A DNA stretch of 64,000 nt from Felis catus (GCF_018350175.1 NC_058368.1:19656001-19720000), one strand, 5' to 3'; counted from the first letter of the stretch, positions 1 to 14,892 are shown. The notes: generated by a model not told the origin, from the sequence alone. A program made the numbers and translations.

Positions 1-3
1 GAC

Positions 4-9
4 TTTATT
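4..9 (-). terminator. CCDC70: Polyadenylation signal AATAAA of CCDC70
   Basis: Plus-strand TTTATT at 4-9, about 118 nt downstream of the stop codon. Confidence 0.75.
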
Positions 10-126
10 AGGTCTTTTGAAGCAAGGAGACAAACAAGTGCCTATTTTCTCCAGCACGTTGGGTCACCCTGGACTTGAATCCCTATCCAACAGAGTCTAG
101 ACCCCATGTCCCTTCATGTCCTGTTC

Positions 127-1098
<972 letters not shown>

Positions 1099-1434
1099 TC
1101 AGCCAACAAGGACAGGGATGCTCAACTAGGATATCAGAACACACAAGTGTGACACGATCACTTCAAGGGGTGTGTCACAGTTTTCTTTTACTTTTAAATA
1201 ATAAAGTACTGCAGCCCCTCAATGCTTTACTTTTGTTAAACCAATGAGAATTCATTTGAAGTTTCGTCATTCTCACTTGGGGATTGCTCATAACCTTCTC
1301 ATGGCCATGCTCGCAGCAGGGTGCCACAGGTGTGAGTGTTCTGTTAAGGCCACCTGAAAAGCAGAGGGTGAGACCCACTGGCCTAGGGGGTACTGTTTTA
1401 GTAGAAGAGTCTATTTGGGGAACAGAGACTTAAA

Positions 1435-1966
1435 ACAGTAAGGTAAAAGACAATGCCAAATGTTAGCAAGGATACAAATAAGAGGAGCTCTCACAATATC
1501 AAGTAATATTGAACAATAGGGAAGATACTTTATGACTCACTAGCTCTACTTCCAGATATGTACCCTGAGGAATCTTATGAATTGTGACCAGGAGACAGGT
1601 ACAAAAATGTCTGAGGAGACTTGTTCATAAACGCTCAACTGCAACAATCCAATGGCCATCACAATAGAATGGAATTTAAAAATGGTAGTATATTCATGCA
1701 ATGGACAGCATAGCTATGTGCAACAATGTGGATGAATAGTATAAACATAATTTTTAAAGAAAGAAGCAGGATTGGGGCACCTGGGTGGCTCAGTCAGTTA
1801 AGTGTCTGACTTGGTTTCGGCTCAGGTCATGATTTCATGGGTCGTGGAATTGAGCCCCACATCAGGCTCTGCACTGACAGGGGAGGCTGCTTGAGATTTT
1901 TTTCTCTCCCTCTCTCTATATGCCCCTCCCCTGCTCTCTCTCTCTTCAATAAACAAGCATATAAAG

Positions 1967-2002
<36 letters not shown>

Positions 2003-2330
2003 GCAGGATCAAAGAATTTCAAAGAATAAAGTTCCCAAACAGGAAAAACTAAACTCTGTTGTTTATATACTTAGGTGATAACACAAAAAAGCATAGCAAA
2101 GAAGCGAGACCCATAAGTCAAGATAGTGGTTGCTTGAGAGGGGAGGATGGGATAGGGAGGTGGTGGTGGTGATTAGGTGAGGACATGAGGAGGGCTCCTG
2201 AGGAGCTAGCAGTATTCTCTTTCTTTACTGGGGTAGTGGTTGTAGGTGTGTTCATTATAAAAATATGCTACGCTGTAGGTATATATTTCAAGTACTCCAA
2301 TAAATGTATTATATTTTACAATAAAATATA
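1435..2330 (+). mobile_element. Degenerate old L1 3' region interrupted by a SINE
   Basis: L1 3'-end-like phrases (aatgccaaatgttagcaagg, atattcatgcaatgg, tgtggatgaat...aaacata). Confidence 0.6.
1774..1955 (+). mobile_element. Can-SINE followed by (GA)n
   Basis: ggggcacctgggtggctcagtcagttaag head, CT-rich tract, aataaa tail. Confidence 0.9.
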
Positions 2331-2339
2331 AGCTAGGGA

Positions 2340-2470
2340 GAAAGAAAGGAAAGAAAGAAAGAAGAAAGGGAAGTGAGGAAGGAAGGAAAGAAGAAAGAAA
2401 GAAAAGAAAAGAAAAGAAAAGAAAAGAAAAGAAAAGAAAAGAAAAGAAAAGAAAAGAAAAGAAAAGAAAT
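2340..2470. repeat. (GAAA/GAAAA)n polypurine microsatellite
   Basis: Direct reading. Confidence 0.95.
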
Positions 2471-2823
2471 AAAGGGAGGACAGAGAGAACATTGCCATAT
2501 ATCTGAAGTATCAGATATCAGCACTCTCCAGACTACAGTAAGTACAAAGGTGGGTCAAGTGATGAGAAAAAGGGCTGGACACAGGAAAATGGTCAGAGGA
2601 AGGGAAGACAAAGGGTGCATGTACCTGGTGAGGGCATTAATTTCCATTTTGAGCTTTCTGGAAGGAGCTGCCAGGGTCTGGCCTCACTCCGTGGGCCTTG
2701 ATAAGCACCACGTAATGGAGCAACATGACTTCCCTTTAGGAAATCCCTCTGGGCTTTCTTCTTGTTTTTCCATTTTCAGACTCAGGATCAGGGAGTAGGG
2801 GAGAAGGAAGGACACATAGGTGG

Positions 2824-2826
<3 letters not shown>

Positions 2827-2866
<40 letters not shown>
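2827..2866. repeat. (GT)n microsatellite
   Basis: Direct reading. Confidence 0.95.
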
Positions 2867-2868
<2 letters not shown>

Positions 2869-3142
2869 TGAAGGGGTAGATGGTGGCATCACCATGTCCA
2901 CCCAGCCACACAAGCCAGAAACCTGGAGCTCATCCCTGACTCCTTCCTTTTCCTCACCAGACTTTGAATCAATCATCAACCCTCCCAGTTATGATTGTTA
3001 ACATTTCTTGGAACCATGCCCTCAGATTCATGTCATTGACCACGGCTGCTTTGCAGCAGGACCCCTGTGACAGTCTCACCAGTCTCTCTGGTATTGATCT
3101 TACTCTCCCATCCACCCCTACTGTAGCCTCAGGGGTGTTCCT

Positions 3143-3352
3143 AAGTTTATTTATATTTTGAGAGAGAGAGAGAGAAGGCGAATGCTCAAGAGGGGGAGGG
3201 GCAGAAAGACAGGGAGAGAGAAAGAATCCCAAGCAGGCTCTGCACTGTCTGCACAGAGCCGGACATGGGGCTCAAATCCACAAATCGTGAGATCATGACC
3301 TGAGCCAAAATCAGGATTTGGATGCTTAACTGACTTAGCCACCCAGGGGCCC
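3143..3352 (-). mobile_element. Can-SINE
   Basis: Reverse-complement SINE, tttatttatattttgagagag...gccacccaggggccc. Confidence 0.9.
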
Positions 3353-4340
3353 TGCCCCAGGGATGTTTCTAAAACACGTAATCACACCTGCTCACAAAAC
3401 TCCGAAGACTCCACAGCCCAAATCCAAATGCCTAGTAAGGTTCTCTGTAACCTAACTCCTGCTTGTCACTTCCTTGACCTTCCTACCATCTCCAAAGCTA
3501 AGTTTCAGTAATAATGGGCCACATCCAGTTCTCTGGACAAGACCCGCAGTTTCAAGCTTCCAAGCCAAGGAACACGCTGTGTCCTCTACTGATTACCGTT
3601 CCTTCTCAGTGTGGCTTGAATTCCTCTCCACATCGCCCCCTCTGAAAGCTACTTGGACCTTCCAGACAAAGTTCATCACCACCCCCCACTCACTCCCGTT
3701 GTTTGCTTGTCATGCTCGGCTGATATTAGGTGTGGACGTGCCTTGTTGCCATCCCTGTAACCTAGCATCTAAGATGAAGCTGTGGGCATAGGAGGTAATT
3801 GATAGAAATGTTGGTTGACTTGAACTGAATTTCGTTGAATTTTGGAAATTTGATTTTCTAGGTTGTATTATGGTTGTCTTATTTATGTAACTGTTGGTAT
3901 CTTGAGGTGGGGGAAAGTGCGTCCTTCTTCCTTCCTTTCTGCTATGAGAATGCAAAGCAGGCCCTCAACAAGTGTTTGTTGAACTGGATTTGGAAACTCT
4001 ATAAGCAAAGCCTCAGGGTCAATTAGAGCCCAGGATAGCTGTCAACAACAATCAACTTTCTAATTACAATGTTAATAACAACAACTACCTGCACATTTAT
4101 TTAGCCCTTTTATGCTGGTCACTTTACTGGCATTACCTGTGTAATCCTTTCAACCATGCTGTGAGATAGACACCTTGATTAACCTCATTATATAACTGAG
4201 AAAACTCAGGCTTGAAGTTAAAAACCCATTCAAGCAATTAAGTAGATGAGGCAAGATTCTTCTAGTAAGTGCTAGAAGTGCATTACGTGGTCAAGCAATA
4301 CTACTTGGAAACACCATCGGGCTCATATTTAACTAGGAAG

Positions 4341-4342
<2 letters not shown>

Positions 4343-4420
<78 letters not shown>
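4343..4420. repeat. Compound (GT)n(GA)n microsatellite
   Basis: Direct reading. Confidence 0.95.
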
Positions 4421-4424
<4 letters not shown>

Positions 4425-4939
4425 ATTGTATTAAGCTCCGGACCTATTGATAACTTAATGATAACATTTAGCAATGTGGTCACTAATTTTAAAGGAAACC
4501 TCCTTTCTCCTCATACAATCCTGCTAAAAAAAATACACCAACACTCACACTAAAAAGCAAATCAAAGAACACTGAATGTTATCAGTGAAGAAAATATATT
4601 TTTCACCAAACAACAAAAAAAGGCTTACAAAAATCTATTTTTATATGTGAGACTTGTCTGTTTCCAGTTTGCAAAAACAAACAAACAAACAAACAAGCAA
4701 AACCATTTCTGTGCAGACTTCTGACTTTCTTCTGAAATGTTTCCTGGACATATTCCAACGCCAAAAGTAACCACCTTCCAAATTACACTAAAGCTTTATT
4801 TCTTATTCCTTGGGCAATGTTTGCACTAACTAGAGAACTCACTGGAACAGTTTAATAAATTCTTTTTTCCTTTGCACCAGAGATCCCAACTGTTCTCTGA
4901 TTCTGAATTTCCCTTGCCTAGTGTCTCCCAGGCTCTTAC

Positions 4940-5200
4940 TTTCTGGCTCTTTTCATGGCCTCACACTTTCTGCAGGTCTAACACCAGTTGTGGTTCTTGG
5001 CAGGCTTTCCCTTCAGCGCTGTGCTCCACAAAGAACCAGTGTCGACATTCATGAGGAGAGAGAACCACAAAGCTGAGTGGAGAAGCCAATTCTGGGGGAC
5101 TGGCTCAGTCCATGGAGTCACTTGAGAATAGGAAAAACTACAAAGTACAGGTCAGTGAGCACTAAATGTTCACTCTCCCTGATTTTCCCCCAGTCTCACT
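4940..5200 (-). other. CCDC70: Candidate non-coding first exon of CCDC70
   Basis: Good minus-strand donor GAAA|GTAAGA at 4940/4939 in unique sequence about 4 kb upstream. The 5' boundary is a guess. Confidence 0.35.
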
Positions 5201-6364
5201 GCCTACTTGGGCCGCGGCAGGAGAGATCTGCTTACAACACTTGTTGACAGAAATAAATGTATTATAAGTCAAGTATTCAGGGACTGTCCCTTGTCAGAAG
5301 ATCTGGGCTCCTATTTGTGGAGAAACAGGGCCACAGGCTGAAACTTCTTCAGCCTCCAGCTTAGCGTCTTGGCATCCACATCCATTGTTAATGCCCGCCT
5401 ACGGGCTCCTGGGCAAAGCCAGGCCCTCCCCCATCTTCTCACAGCCCCGTGGTGACTTTATTTCCTCAGCAACCCCTCACTCCTGGGCCTTCCAATCTCC
5501 CTCTCTGCTCCTTCTGGCCTCTCAGCACACGAACACACTCAAGTCCCTCTCATCTTAACACGGCCGCTCAACCAGCTGACCACAGAATCCTCTAGCTCTC
5601 TCTGCTTACCGCGTGCTGGCCTTCTCCTCCTTGAATACTCTTCTCAAAGAGCAGCCGACGATCACTATCCACCATTTCTGTATTGCATCTACAACCCATC
5701 CTACAGCAATCTGCCTTTTGCCTCCTTACTCCACTGAAACTCTATTTGTTAAGATCCCTAGAGACGTGCACATTGTTTAGTCCTTTGTCCTCACTGACTG
5801 ACCTGTTAGCAGCATTTGACGTTAGTCCTTTTTGAAGCTCCCTCCCCCTTGGCTTCTATAACACGGGGCCATCCTGCTCTCTTCCCACTTCCCGGACCAC
5901 TCTTTCTCCACCTCTTCGTGGACTCCTTTTCCCGACGGAATGTGTTTTATCCACGGAAGGCGGTGCCTACCTCACAGAGCTCTTGTAGGGAGTAAATTGG
6001 GCATTTTGAGTGCCTAGCCCAGTACCTGGCACATAGCAAGTGCTCATTAAACAGAAAGTAAGAATAATTACAATTGTTACTATTTTGTGTCATTTTCAAT
6101 CTTCTTAGGCCAGCATGCCAGGACGATCATGATCTGTCCCTACAAACCATTTTTGCTTTATCTCTCAGCCACCTTCCCTGATGCCTATGCTCTGGCCACG
6201 TGCAATCCCTCAAACATGCCAAGTTTTCCTCAGTTTCCTGTCATGTCGGTCTCTCTCCCTGGACAGCCTTGCCTAACCCCACTTCACTTCACCTAGTTAA
6301 CTCTTTGGAACTCAGTCACCTCCTCTAGCTCTCCTGACACCCCTGTCTCTACCAAATTCAGAGT

Positions 6365-6430
6365 CAGTATATGCCTGACTGGTACATAATATATGTACAG
6401 TATATGCCTGACTGGTACATAATATATGTT
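6365..6430. repeat. 33-bp tandem duplication
   Basis: cagtatatgcctgactggtacataatatatgt(a/t) occurs twice. Confidence 0.9.
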
Positions 6431-7109
6431 AAGTAAATGACAGCTGAATGAAGGGCGGTATCCCGGATTATAATGTTAGAGAAAAATTCATCTGCAAGTT
6501 TTTCTCACGACCACTTAAATTATCCTTGAGAGATAAATCAAGCATAATATCAAATACATACATGCGTATTTAGATATAAAGTGTAATATGATATGTGGAT
6601 TCAATGTATCCAACTTATTCCCTACAAGAGCTACCTATGAGGTAGGCACTGCCTTCTGTGGATATAAAAACAAGAATCAAAGAAACAGGCCTAGTTTTCA
6701 ATATTATACTTCAGGACAGGAACTTACTTTTAAGGAAAATGTTGTATATAACTCTATGCTTAGAACAAATAACTATCCAATCTAAAGCCAATAGTTACTT
6801 ACTGCTTAGCTGTTTCCCAACTGGGCAGTCCTCAGTAGCCCTCAGAGGCCAGGCAGTCATTGTCACATCACAGACCCCCTAACACTGTTGGCAGTGATCC
6901 CTCTGCCCCTCTTAGTCCTGACTCACAGGGTAGGGAGACCCACAGTGGGTAAGGGACTTTAAGGAGTGGAAAGAGAAAGACTCTTCCGTCTTCCATCTTT
7001 GACTTCACCAATAGGGTGTCACTGTTGATGACTCACAAATGATTGTTACCTCACATTCTACCTGGGTTGTATCCAGGGGCAGGCTTCTGGAAAATCACGT
7101 TGCAGTCAG

Positions 7110-8900
7110 GGGTTTTGTATGTGATGAATCATTTCTCTTGCTGCTCTCGAGATGCTGTCTTTGGCTTTTGGCAGCTTGACTATGATGTGCCTATGCATGG
7201 ATCCCTTTGAGTGTATACTAGAAATCTGTTGAGCTTCTTGGAAATGCAGATTTGGTATAGTGTTTCTTCAAAGTTGAGAAGTTTTTGGCCATTATCTCTT
7301 AAAATATTCTTTTTTCCACTTTCTTTGTTCTTCTCGGACTCCTTTTACATGTAGCTCAATGGTGTCCTAAAGGTGTCTGGGGCTCTGTTCATTTTTCTTC
7401 ATTTTTCTTTCTGTTGCTTAGACTGGATAATCTCAATTGATCTGTTTTCAAGTGTACTGATTCTTCAGCCAGATCAAATTGCTCTCGATCCCCTCTATTT
7501 TTCATTTTTCACTGTAGAATTTCTATTTGGTTCTTATTTTTTAAATAATTTCTATTTATTGATATCCTCTATTTGGTAAGACCTAATTCTCAAGCTTTTC
7601 TTTAATTCTTCAGGCATGGTTTCTTTAATTCTTTGACCATATTTATTTTATTTAAAAAAAATTTTTTTAATGTTCATTTATTTTTGAGACAGAGAGAGAC
7701 AGAGCATGAATGGGGGAGGGGCAGAGAGAGGGAGACACAGAATCTGAAGCAGGCTCCAGGCTCTGAACTGTCAGCATAGAGCCTGACGTGGGGCTTGAAC
7801 TCACGGACCGCGAGATCATGACCTGAGCCGAAGTCGGATGCTTAACTGACTGAGCCACCCAGGCGCCCCTCTTTGACCATATTTATAATAGCTGATGTAA
7901 AATCTTGGTCTAGGAAGACCATCATCTCCAGTTTCTCAGATAGTTTCTAACCAAAAAGAGAATAACTCAAAATAATAGTTTCTATTGATGCTTTTTCCCT
8001 CCATGTGTAAACCATTCTTTCCTGTTTCTTTGTGTGTGTCCTAAGTTTTTGTTGAAACTGGACATTTAAAATAATATAATTTTAAATAATATCATCTAAA
8101 CAATATAATATCATACAAATAATACAATATAGCAACCCTAGAAATGTGATGTCCCCCCTCCTCAGGTTCATTGTTTCTTGTTGTCGTCGTCGTTGTTATC
8201 GCTATTTGCTTATTTAGTGACTTTCCTGGACTAATTCTGAAAAGTCTCTTTTTTTTGTCTTGTGTGGCCACTAAAGTCTGCTTGCTTAGCTTAGTGGTCA
8301 GCTAATGATTGAACTAAGAGATTTCCTTGAACTGGCAAGTGTCTCTTCCTTTGCTGAGGGACTCTGTGTAGGTGTGTGTGTTGGGGCATGACTTAGGTGA
8401 TTTGCAATTCTGCCTTAGCCCTCACTTCCTTGCTTGTGCAGGACCTCAAGGTCAGCCTGAGGTGAAAGATTATGACCCTCCTCAGGTCTTTCTTGGGTAT
8501 GTACTCAGTCAAATACACGTGACCTTCTAGATTTCCAGAAATATGTTAGAACTTTTCAGAATCTTCATGTTGTTCTCTGTTTTTCCTTTTAAGTTTTTGC
8601 TCAGCTTCTTATTAGCTCCAACTGGTGACACTGTCAGAGGAAACTGAGCTATTAAAAACTTGCCACTGTTTTCTTTTTTTTTTTTTTTTTGACAAATGCC
8701 CTGAGGATAGGGCCATTTGCACAAAATTAGCATTGAGTTAGGTCAAATAAAGACAAGTCCTGTGGCTGAATCTTTTCAGTGAACTGCCAGACAAGTCAAG
8801 TAGTGATAATTCTTTGGAGATGGGGAATTCTTTGGACTCCAAACTCAACCTGTCCTCTTACTTGTCCATTCCAGGTGTCCCAGTCATTGATTTTAATCAT
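7110..8900 (-). mobile_element. Old L1-type fragment(s), antisense
   Basis: T-rich L1-like phrases (ttgactatgatgtgcct, ttgagcttcttgg, tttggccattatctctt). Subfamily not determined. Confidence 0.6.
7648..7869 (-). mobile_element. Can-SINE with TSD TCTTTGACCATATTTAT
   Basis: Full-length copy; direct repeat at about 7630 and 7870. Confidence 0.95.
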
Positions 8901-8987
8901 TACTCTTTTCTAATATATGTACTTAAGAATGTCAGTTTCCCTATAAGTATACTTACTTGGATCTCACATGTTTTGACATGTCACATT

Positions 8988-9196
8988 AAAAAAAAATATT
9001 TTTCATGTGTATTTATTTTTGAAAGAGAGCATGAGGGGGGGGGGTGGGGGGGCAGAGAAGGAGACACAGAATCCGAAGCAGGCTCCAGCCTCCGAGCTGT
9101 CAGCACAGAGCCCGACATGAGGCTCGAACTCACAAACTGAGATCATGACCTGAGCCAAAGTTGGACACTCAACCGACTGAGCCACCCAGGAGCCCC
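8988..9196 (-). mobile_element. Can-SINE
   Basis: SINE consensus motifs in reverse. Confidence 0.9.
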
Positions 9197-9220
9197 AATG
9201 TTTATTTATAATTACACATA

Positions 9221-9447
9221 TTTTTTTTTTTTTAATTTTTTTTTCAACGTTTATTTATTTTTGGGACAGAGAGAGACAGAGCATGAATGGGGGAGGGGCA
9301 GAGAGAGAGGGAGACACAGAATGGGAAACAGGCTCCAGGCTCCGAGCCATCAGCCCAGAGCCTGACGCGGGGCTCGAACTCACAGACCGCGAGATCGTGA
9401 CCTGGCTGAAGTCGGATGCTTAACCGACTGCGCCACCCAGGCGCCCC
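9221..9447 (-). mobile_element. Young felid SINEC_Fc-type copy with TSD TATAATTACACATATTTTT
   Basis: Diagnostic gcgcagtcgg, cagccaggtcacg and gggctgatggctcgg; perfect TSD. Confidence 0.95.
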
Positions 9448-9881
9448 TATAATTACACATATTTTTTATCTTTTCTGTTGCTCTTCATTTCTTCCTGCAT
9501 CTCTGTGTTTCTCTTTGAGATCATTTTCTTTTACATCTCCCCACATCATACCCTAAACCTAAAGTTTCCTTTATTATGGGTTTTGTGATGACTTCTCTCA
9601 GTGCTTATTTGTTAAAAATACTTTTATTTTGCCTTAATTTTTATACTATCTAACAGATTTTATTATAGAATGGTTTCCTTAACATGCTTCTACTGTGGTA
9701 TAAACAAATGATTCTTTCCTTTCATTTTTTCATTCTTCACAGTATTGAGTATTTTATGGCAATAGGATTTCAAAACATTGTAAGAAATGAATTTTAATGT
9801 CTATAAACATAGTGTGTCCAATGTGCTGTTTAACTTATCCGTTCAATCTTTTTTTTTTTAAGTAGAGGGAAGCTCTGTGTC

Positions 9882-10098
9882 TTTTTAAAAATTTTTAAAT
9901 GTTTATTTATTTATTTTGAAAGAGAGGGAGAGAGCATGAGTGCAGAGGGGCAGAGACAGAGGGAGAGAGAGAATCTCAAGCAGGTTCCATGCGGTCAATG
10001 CAGAACCCAGTGCGGGCCTTGATCTCATGAACTGTGAGATCATGACCTGAGCCAAAATCAAGAGTCAGACACAACCAACTGAGCCACCCAGGCACCCC
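9882..10098 (-). mobile_element. Can-SINE
   Basis: SINE consensus motifs in reverse. Confidence 0.9.
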
Positions 10099-10924
10099 TC
10101 AATCTTTACTTTTATTTACTAAATATTATTCAGGTCCAAAACATCCATGTGATTATTTCACACAGTTTTCAGGGGGTTTTTTGTGTCCCGTTTATTCATC
10201 TTGATTTTTAATTCCATGAACATGTTAATAATAGTTCAAAGTGTATGTCTTATTGAAGATCCAGATCTTCTGTGGATGTCTTTCCATTGTCTGTTTTTCT
10301 TCTCTTGGTTTTCTGCCAAAACTTGTTTTCTTACATGGCTGGTTACTTTCACTGATGTTATCTTTTTCCAGAGGTACTTATTTTTGCTTCTAGTAAGCAG
10401 AGAGGCTAGAGAAGCTGATTACTTGATTCCAATCAGGAGTTGATATGGTTCTAAAACTAGGCTTTAATCTCTATGAGATATGCTTCTCCAATTGACTCTT
10501 ACTCCAAAAAAAAAAAGCTTACGATGTTTTCCAGAACATCTCCTCTCTGATACATCCTTAGCTCTAATTGTAGCCCTCTAAGCCCCTTTATATTGCTGGA
10601 ACTTCCGTTCACACCCTCCAGCTTTTCATTCACTGCTTTCACTTTTGGAAGCAGCTTCAAATGTCACTCATCTCTACTGACTTTATTCCTTATTCAGATC
10701 TTGGCCTCCAAACTTCTCCCTGACTCAGTGTTTCTGAGATGTCCAGCACTGCTCATTGTTCTCAGCAGGATATGTTGTCTGAAACAACCTGGTCAGCCAC
10801 TGTCCAGTGGAAAACTCATAGGGGGGGCTTATAACCAAAGGAGAGACATGATGTAACTCAAGATTGTTGACCTGGCCAGAAGGCCCAAAGTAGATGAAAA
10901 TAAATTGATTATATAATTGATATA

Positions 10925-11130
10925 GCTAGCATTTATTGATCATTAACTATGTGCCCAGTTGCTGTTCTAAGTGCTTTTACATGTATTTTCTCACAACAAA
11001 CTAACAAATTAGATATTATTGCTACTCCATTTTACAAGAGAAGAAAGAAATGCATAGAGAAGTCAAGAAACTTGCCTAAGGTCATGCAGAAGTAGGGCCC
11101 ACATTTGAACTTACGCAGTTTTGTTCAGAA
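10925..11130. mobile_element. MIR SINE fragment
   Basis: atttattga...ctatgtgcc...ccattttaca...aacttgcctaaggtca core. Confidence 0.7.
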
Positions 11131-12279
11131 CACATACCTGTCTGATACAGAAGGTTGCTGTGGTAATGGAGGCAACAGATAGTCTGAGTCATGACTGGTA
11201 TTGTAGCTGGGGAGTCAGAGAGGAATAGATAGCTACAAGAAATATTTCAAAGAAAGACTCATTAGCTGATCAAAAGAGTTGCATGGGATTAAGATGGAGG
11301 AAGTAAGGGCAAGACTAAGGTATGGGGCCTAAGTGCCTGGAGCATGACCATGCGTTTACCAGAAATTTATTGAGATGCAGTTGATTTAGATGAGTTGCAG
11401 TATTCTTACATGAATGTATTCTTACATGAATACATTCTTACAGTATTCTCCAGGTTTCATGTAATTCACGATTCATAAAATGTTGGCTGTTCCCAATAAA
11501 TCTTACAGCCTCTGGGGGGAATGGCAAATGAAATTATTATTGCTGAATGTGAATGGAGTACTGAAAATAACTTGAGCGTCAGCATCAATGTGCTCAGAGC
11601 ATTGAAAAGGATAAACTTTTCCCTAGTGCTGCCTGCTTTGCACCAAATCAATGGCTCCTGTTCACTCAAGACACAAAGTTTAGCTTATATTCTGTTCAAT
11701 ATTATTTTTAAAATTTGTATGACCATTATTGCCAATTTTCAGAAAAATGCATATTCATTGTGAAAAATATTAGGAAACAGAGCAAGGATAAAAAAGAAAA
11801 TTAAAATCATCCATAACCCCGTACTCAGAGGTAACCACTATAAACATTTGGGGTACAGTTTTCCACTCTTTTTCCTATGCTTATGGCTAGATATATTCTA
11901 TGAGACTGGTTTTGTGCTGTGCCTGGTGCTTCGTGGCTTGCCTTTGTATGCAGTAATGTATCATAAGCACTTCCCCGTTTCTTTAAATATTTCTGAGAAC
12001 ACGATTTTTAATAACTGCAAGAGTACACATTCCCTTATTTTTGGAAATTGATTTATTCCATGAGGAATATAGATTATTTTCCTGGAAGAGTAGGTCAACC
12101 CAGAAAATTGCTCACAGAAGAAGACAATGGCAACGTAATCAATCATTGCTGCCCATGGCCTCAGTCTCTGTATTGAAAGAAGAGAATTCTTTCTAGCAGT
12201 ACCAGTTATAGAAAGGGATCATTCATGGGAAGTTGGCCTTGTGAAGGCGGAGACTTTGTTTTGTTCCTGCTGTACTCAC

Positions 12280-13200
12280 AGCGCCCATTTTACAAAGAGC
12301 TTCTGAAATAAAGCAGAAAAACATAACCCAACAGATAAATGACCAAAGGATGTGAATACTTTGGTTGTAGACAAATAACAATGACTCTATGAAAAAATTT
12401 CCAACCACACTTAAAGAGAAATGCAATTGAAAATAAATATTGCATGTCCTACCTATCAAACTGGCAGAAATCCAAAAGTTTAACAATACACTCTGTTAAC
12501 ACAACTATATAGAAATAGGGCCCCTTGTACAGTGCTGGTCAGAATGCAAAATGTTTCAACCCCTAAAGAGGGGAATTTGTCAGTGTCTAGCAAAATTATA
12601 GATGCATTTACCTTTTGATTCAGCAATTCCACTTCTGGAAGTATATCCCACAGGTACACCTATTCAAGTACAAAATGATACTTATAAAGGGTACTTATAC
12701 TTATTCAGTTCATTGGAGTATTGTTTGTAACTTCAAAAGATTGGAAATAATCCACTTGTCCAGCAACATGGGACAACTTAAATAAATTATGGCATGTCAC
12801 CGAGCAGAGTACTATGCAGCTGTTAAAAAAAATACAGCAAAGGTTCTATATGTTGATATGGAGAGTTCTCCAGGATATATAAAGTGAAAAAATCACCATC
12901 AACAAGGTGCAGAATACTGGTACATATTGTATAAGGGAGAAAATAAGAATATATACCTATGTATTTGCTTATATTTGCACAAAGGGATATTAGAAGAAAA
13001 ACACCAAGCTAATAAAAATGGTTATTTCTGAGGGAAATGGTGTAGGGGAAGGGGTAGAAGCAAGACTTTTCTGTGAATGCCTTCCATGAAGGCTTTGGTC
13101 TTTGAATAATGTAAATGGATAATGTATTCTAAAACAAAAAAAAATCTTAAAATTGGAAACAAACACATGAACATAACCATACATCAAATATTACCATGCC
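12280..13200 (+). mobile_element. Old L1 (L1ME-like) ORF2 end / 3' UTR
   Basis: gaaatgcaattgaaa, ttttgattcagcaattccacttctgg, aaataaattatgg, tactatgcagctgttaaaaa. Confidence 0.7.
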
Positions 13201-13315
13201 CACATGTACCTTGAGGGCACAGTGCTTTGACTTTACCTCTTAGTGGCTACAGCTACATGATGTTGGTAGAAAGGTACCATGTGAGATCTTACAATGTATA
13301 CTGCATGCAGGTGGG

Positions 13316-13700
13316 TGTTAGGGGATGATTTGCACCCCCCCAGAATGTCATATGTTGAAGTTCTAACCTCAATACCTCAGAATGTGACCATATTTAGAGA
13401 TGGGGTCCTTAAAGAGGTAATGAAGTTAAAACGAGGTCACTGGGGTGGGCCTTAATCCAATGACCAGTGTCCTTATAAGAAGAGGAAACAGGACACAAGC
13501 ATGCACTGACGAAAGACCATGAGCAGACATAGGAGAAGACGGCCATCTACAAACCAAGGAGAGAGGTCTCAGAAGAAACCAAACCTGCCAACACCTTCAA
13601 CTTGAACTTCTAGCCCCCTGAACTGTGAGAAAAATAAATTTGTTGTTTAAGCCAACTAGTCTGTGGAACTCTGTTACAGTGGCCCTAGAAAACCAATACA
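13316..13700 (+). mobile_element. MaLR solo LTR (MLT1B/C-like)
   Basis: TG...CA ends; atatgttgaagttctaacc...gtgggccttaatccaatgacc...tccttataagaagagg...aataaatttgttgtttaagcc...aatac a. Confidence 0.85.
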
Positions 13701-13786
13701 GCAAGGGCTTTTTATTTGCTTACTGTTTCATCCCTGCACTTAGAACAGTGTCTGGCATATAATAAACATAGTTATTGAAGGAAAAA

Positions 13787-13900
13787 GGGAAGGAAGGAAG
13801 GAAGGAAGGAAGGAAGGAAGGAAGGAAGGAAGGGAAGAAGGAAGGAAGGAAGGAAGGAAGGAAGGAAGGAAGGAAGGAAGGAAGAAAGGAAGGAAGGAAG
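13787..13900. repeat. (GGAA)n microsatellite
   Basis: Direct reading. Confidence 0.95.
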
Positions 13901-14149
13901 ATCTATTCCTAGAGTTTGCAATAAAAGTAGGAGAAAAGATCTGTACTTGGAGATTTCCTCCACCAGTGATTTCTATTCTTTTGTTCCTCCTCATCATATT
14001 GTTTTTATCTTTGAAGAGGTTACCCTCTTGCCTTCCCCTCCCACCCTCTTCCTCCAGTGGATTACTCACCAGCCTATCTTCTGGAGACTTTCTGTGCACC
14101 ACCTTTTCTTCTGTGCATTCCTTTGGATCTCTTTGTTCTTGGTGGTTGA

Positions 14150-14479
14150 GGCAGAGTGGATTTCCCAAAGATGGCCTCAATGAGCTGTCTTATTCCATAC
14201 ACTTTTCTTATACTGTGACCTTTCAAAACACTCTCAAGAGGCAGAGTCTGTACCCTCCCCCTTGAACCTGGGTGGATCTTTGGATTGCTTCAACCAACAG
14301 AGCACAGAGGAAGCGATGCTTTGTGACAGGTCAGCAGTAATGTGCTGGGGCCCATGCTACCGGCTCTCCAGTGAGGGTGGATGTCTTTCTCCAGCCCCGT
14401 GCCCAGTAAAGTCATGCCAATACCCTGGAAACAGCCACAGTGGGATTATCTATGGTGCAGAAGCCAGACAGGACTAGGA

Positions 14480-14528
<49 letters not shown>

Positions 14529-14892
14529 CACACACAGGTGGTTGTTAAACATTTACCAGCAAACCACTATTTCTGAGGTTAGATCATAAAAAGTGATTCA
14601 GCTTCCCCTGGTTCTCCATCTCTCAGTACATGTGCTTTTAAATCCCAGCCACCACGCTGTGTAGAAGCCCAGGGCACATGCAGAGGCCACATGTAGTGTT
14701 CTGGCTGACAGCCCCAGCTAGCATCACCCCCACTCGGCATGTGAGTGAGAAAGCCCTCCCATGACTTCAGCCTCAGCCTCCATCTGTCCGGGAGCCCAGT
14801 CAGCTCCCAGAACTGAGACATATAATAATAAATGAGCACTGTTTTACACCACTTAGCTCGGAGTGGGGAAACAGCAATAGGTAATCACAACA
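14150..14892 (+). mobile_element. Older MLT1-family LTR split by a hAT-like insert carrying (CA)n
   Basis: tcaagaggcagagtctgtaccctccccttgaacctggg and the 3' aataaat...tgttttacaccact...agcaataggtaa. Internal segment about 14335-14570 ends ttaaacatttaccagcaaaccact; (CA)n at 14481-14536. Confidence 0.55.

Noticed and set aside
2316..2798. Lys/Arg/Glu-rich and Phe/Ser-rich ORFs
   Set aside because: Produced by the (GAAAA)n microsatellite.
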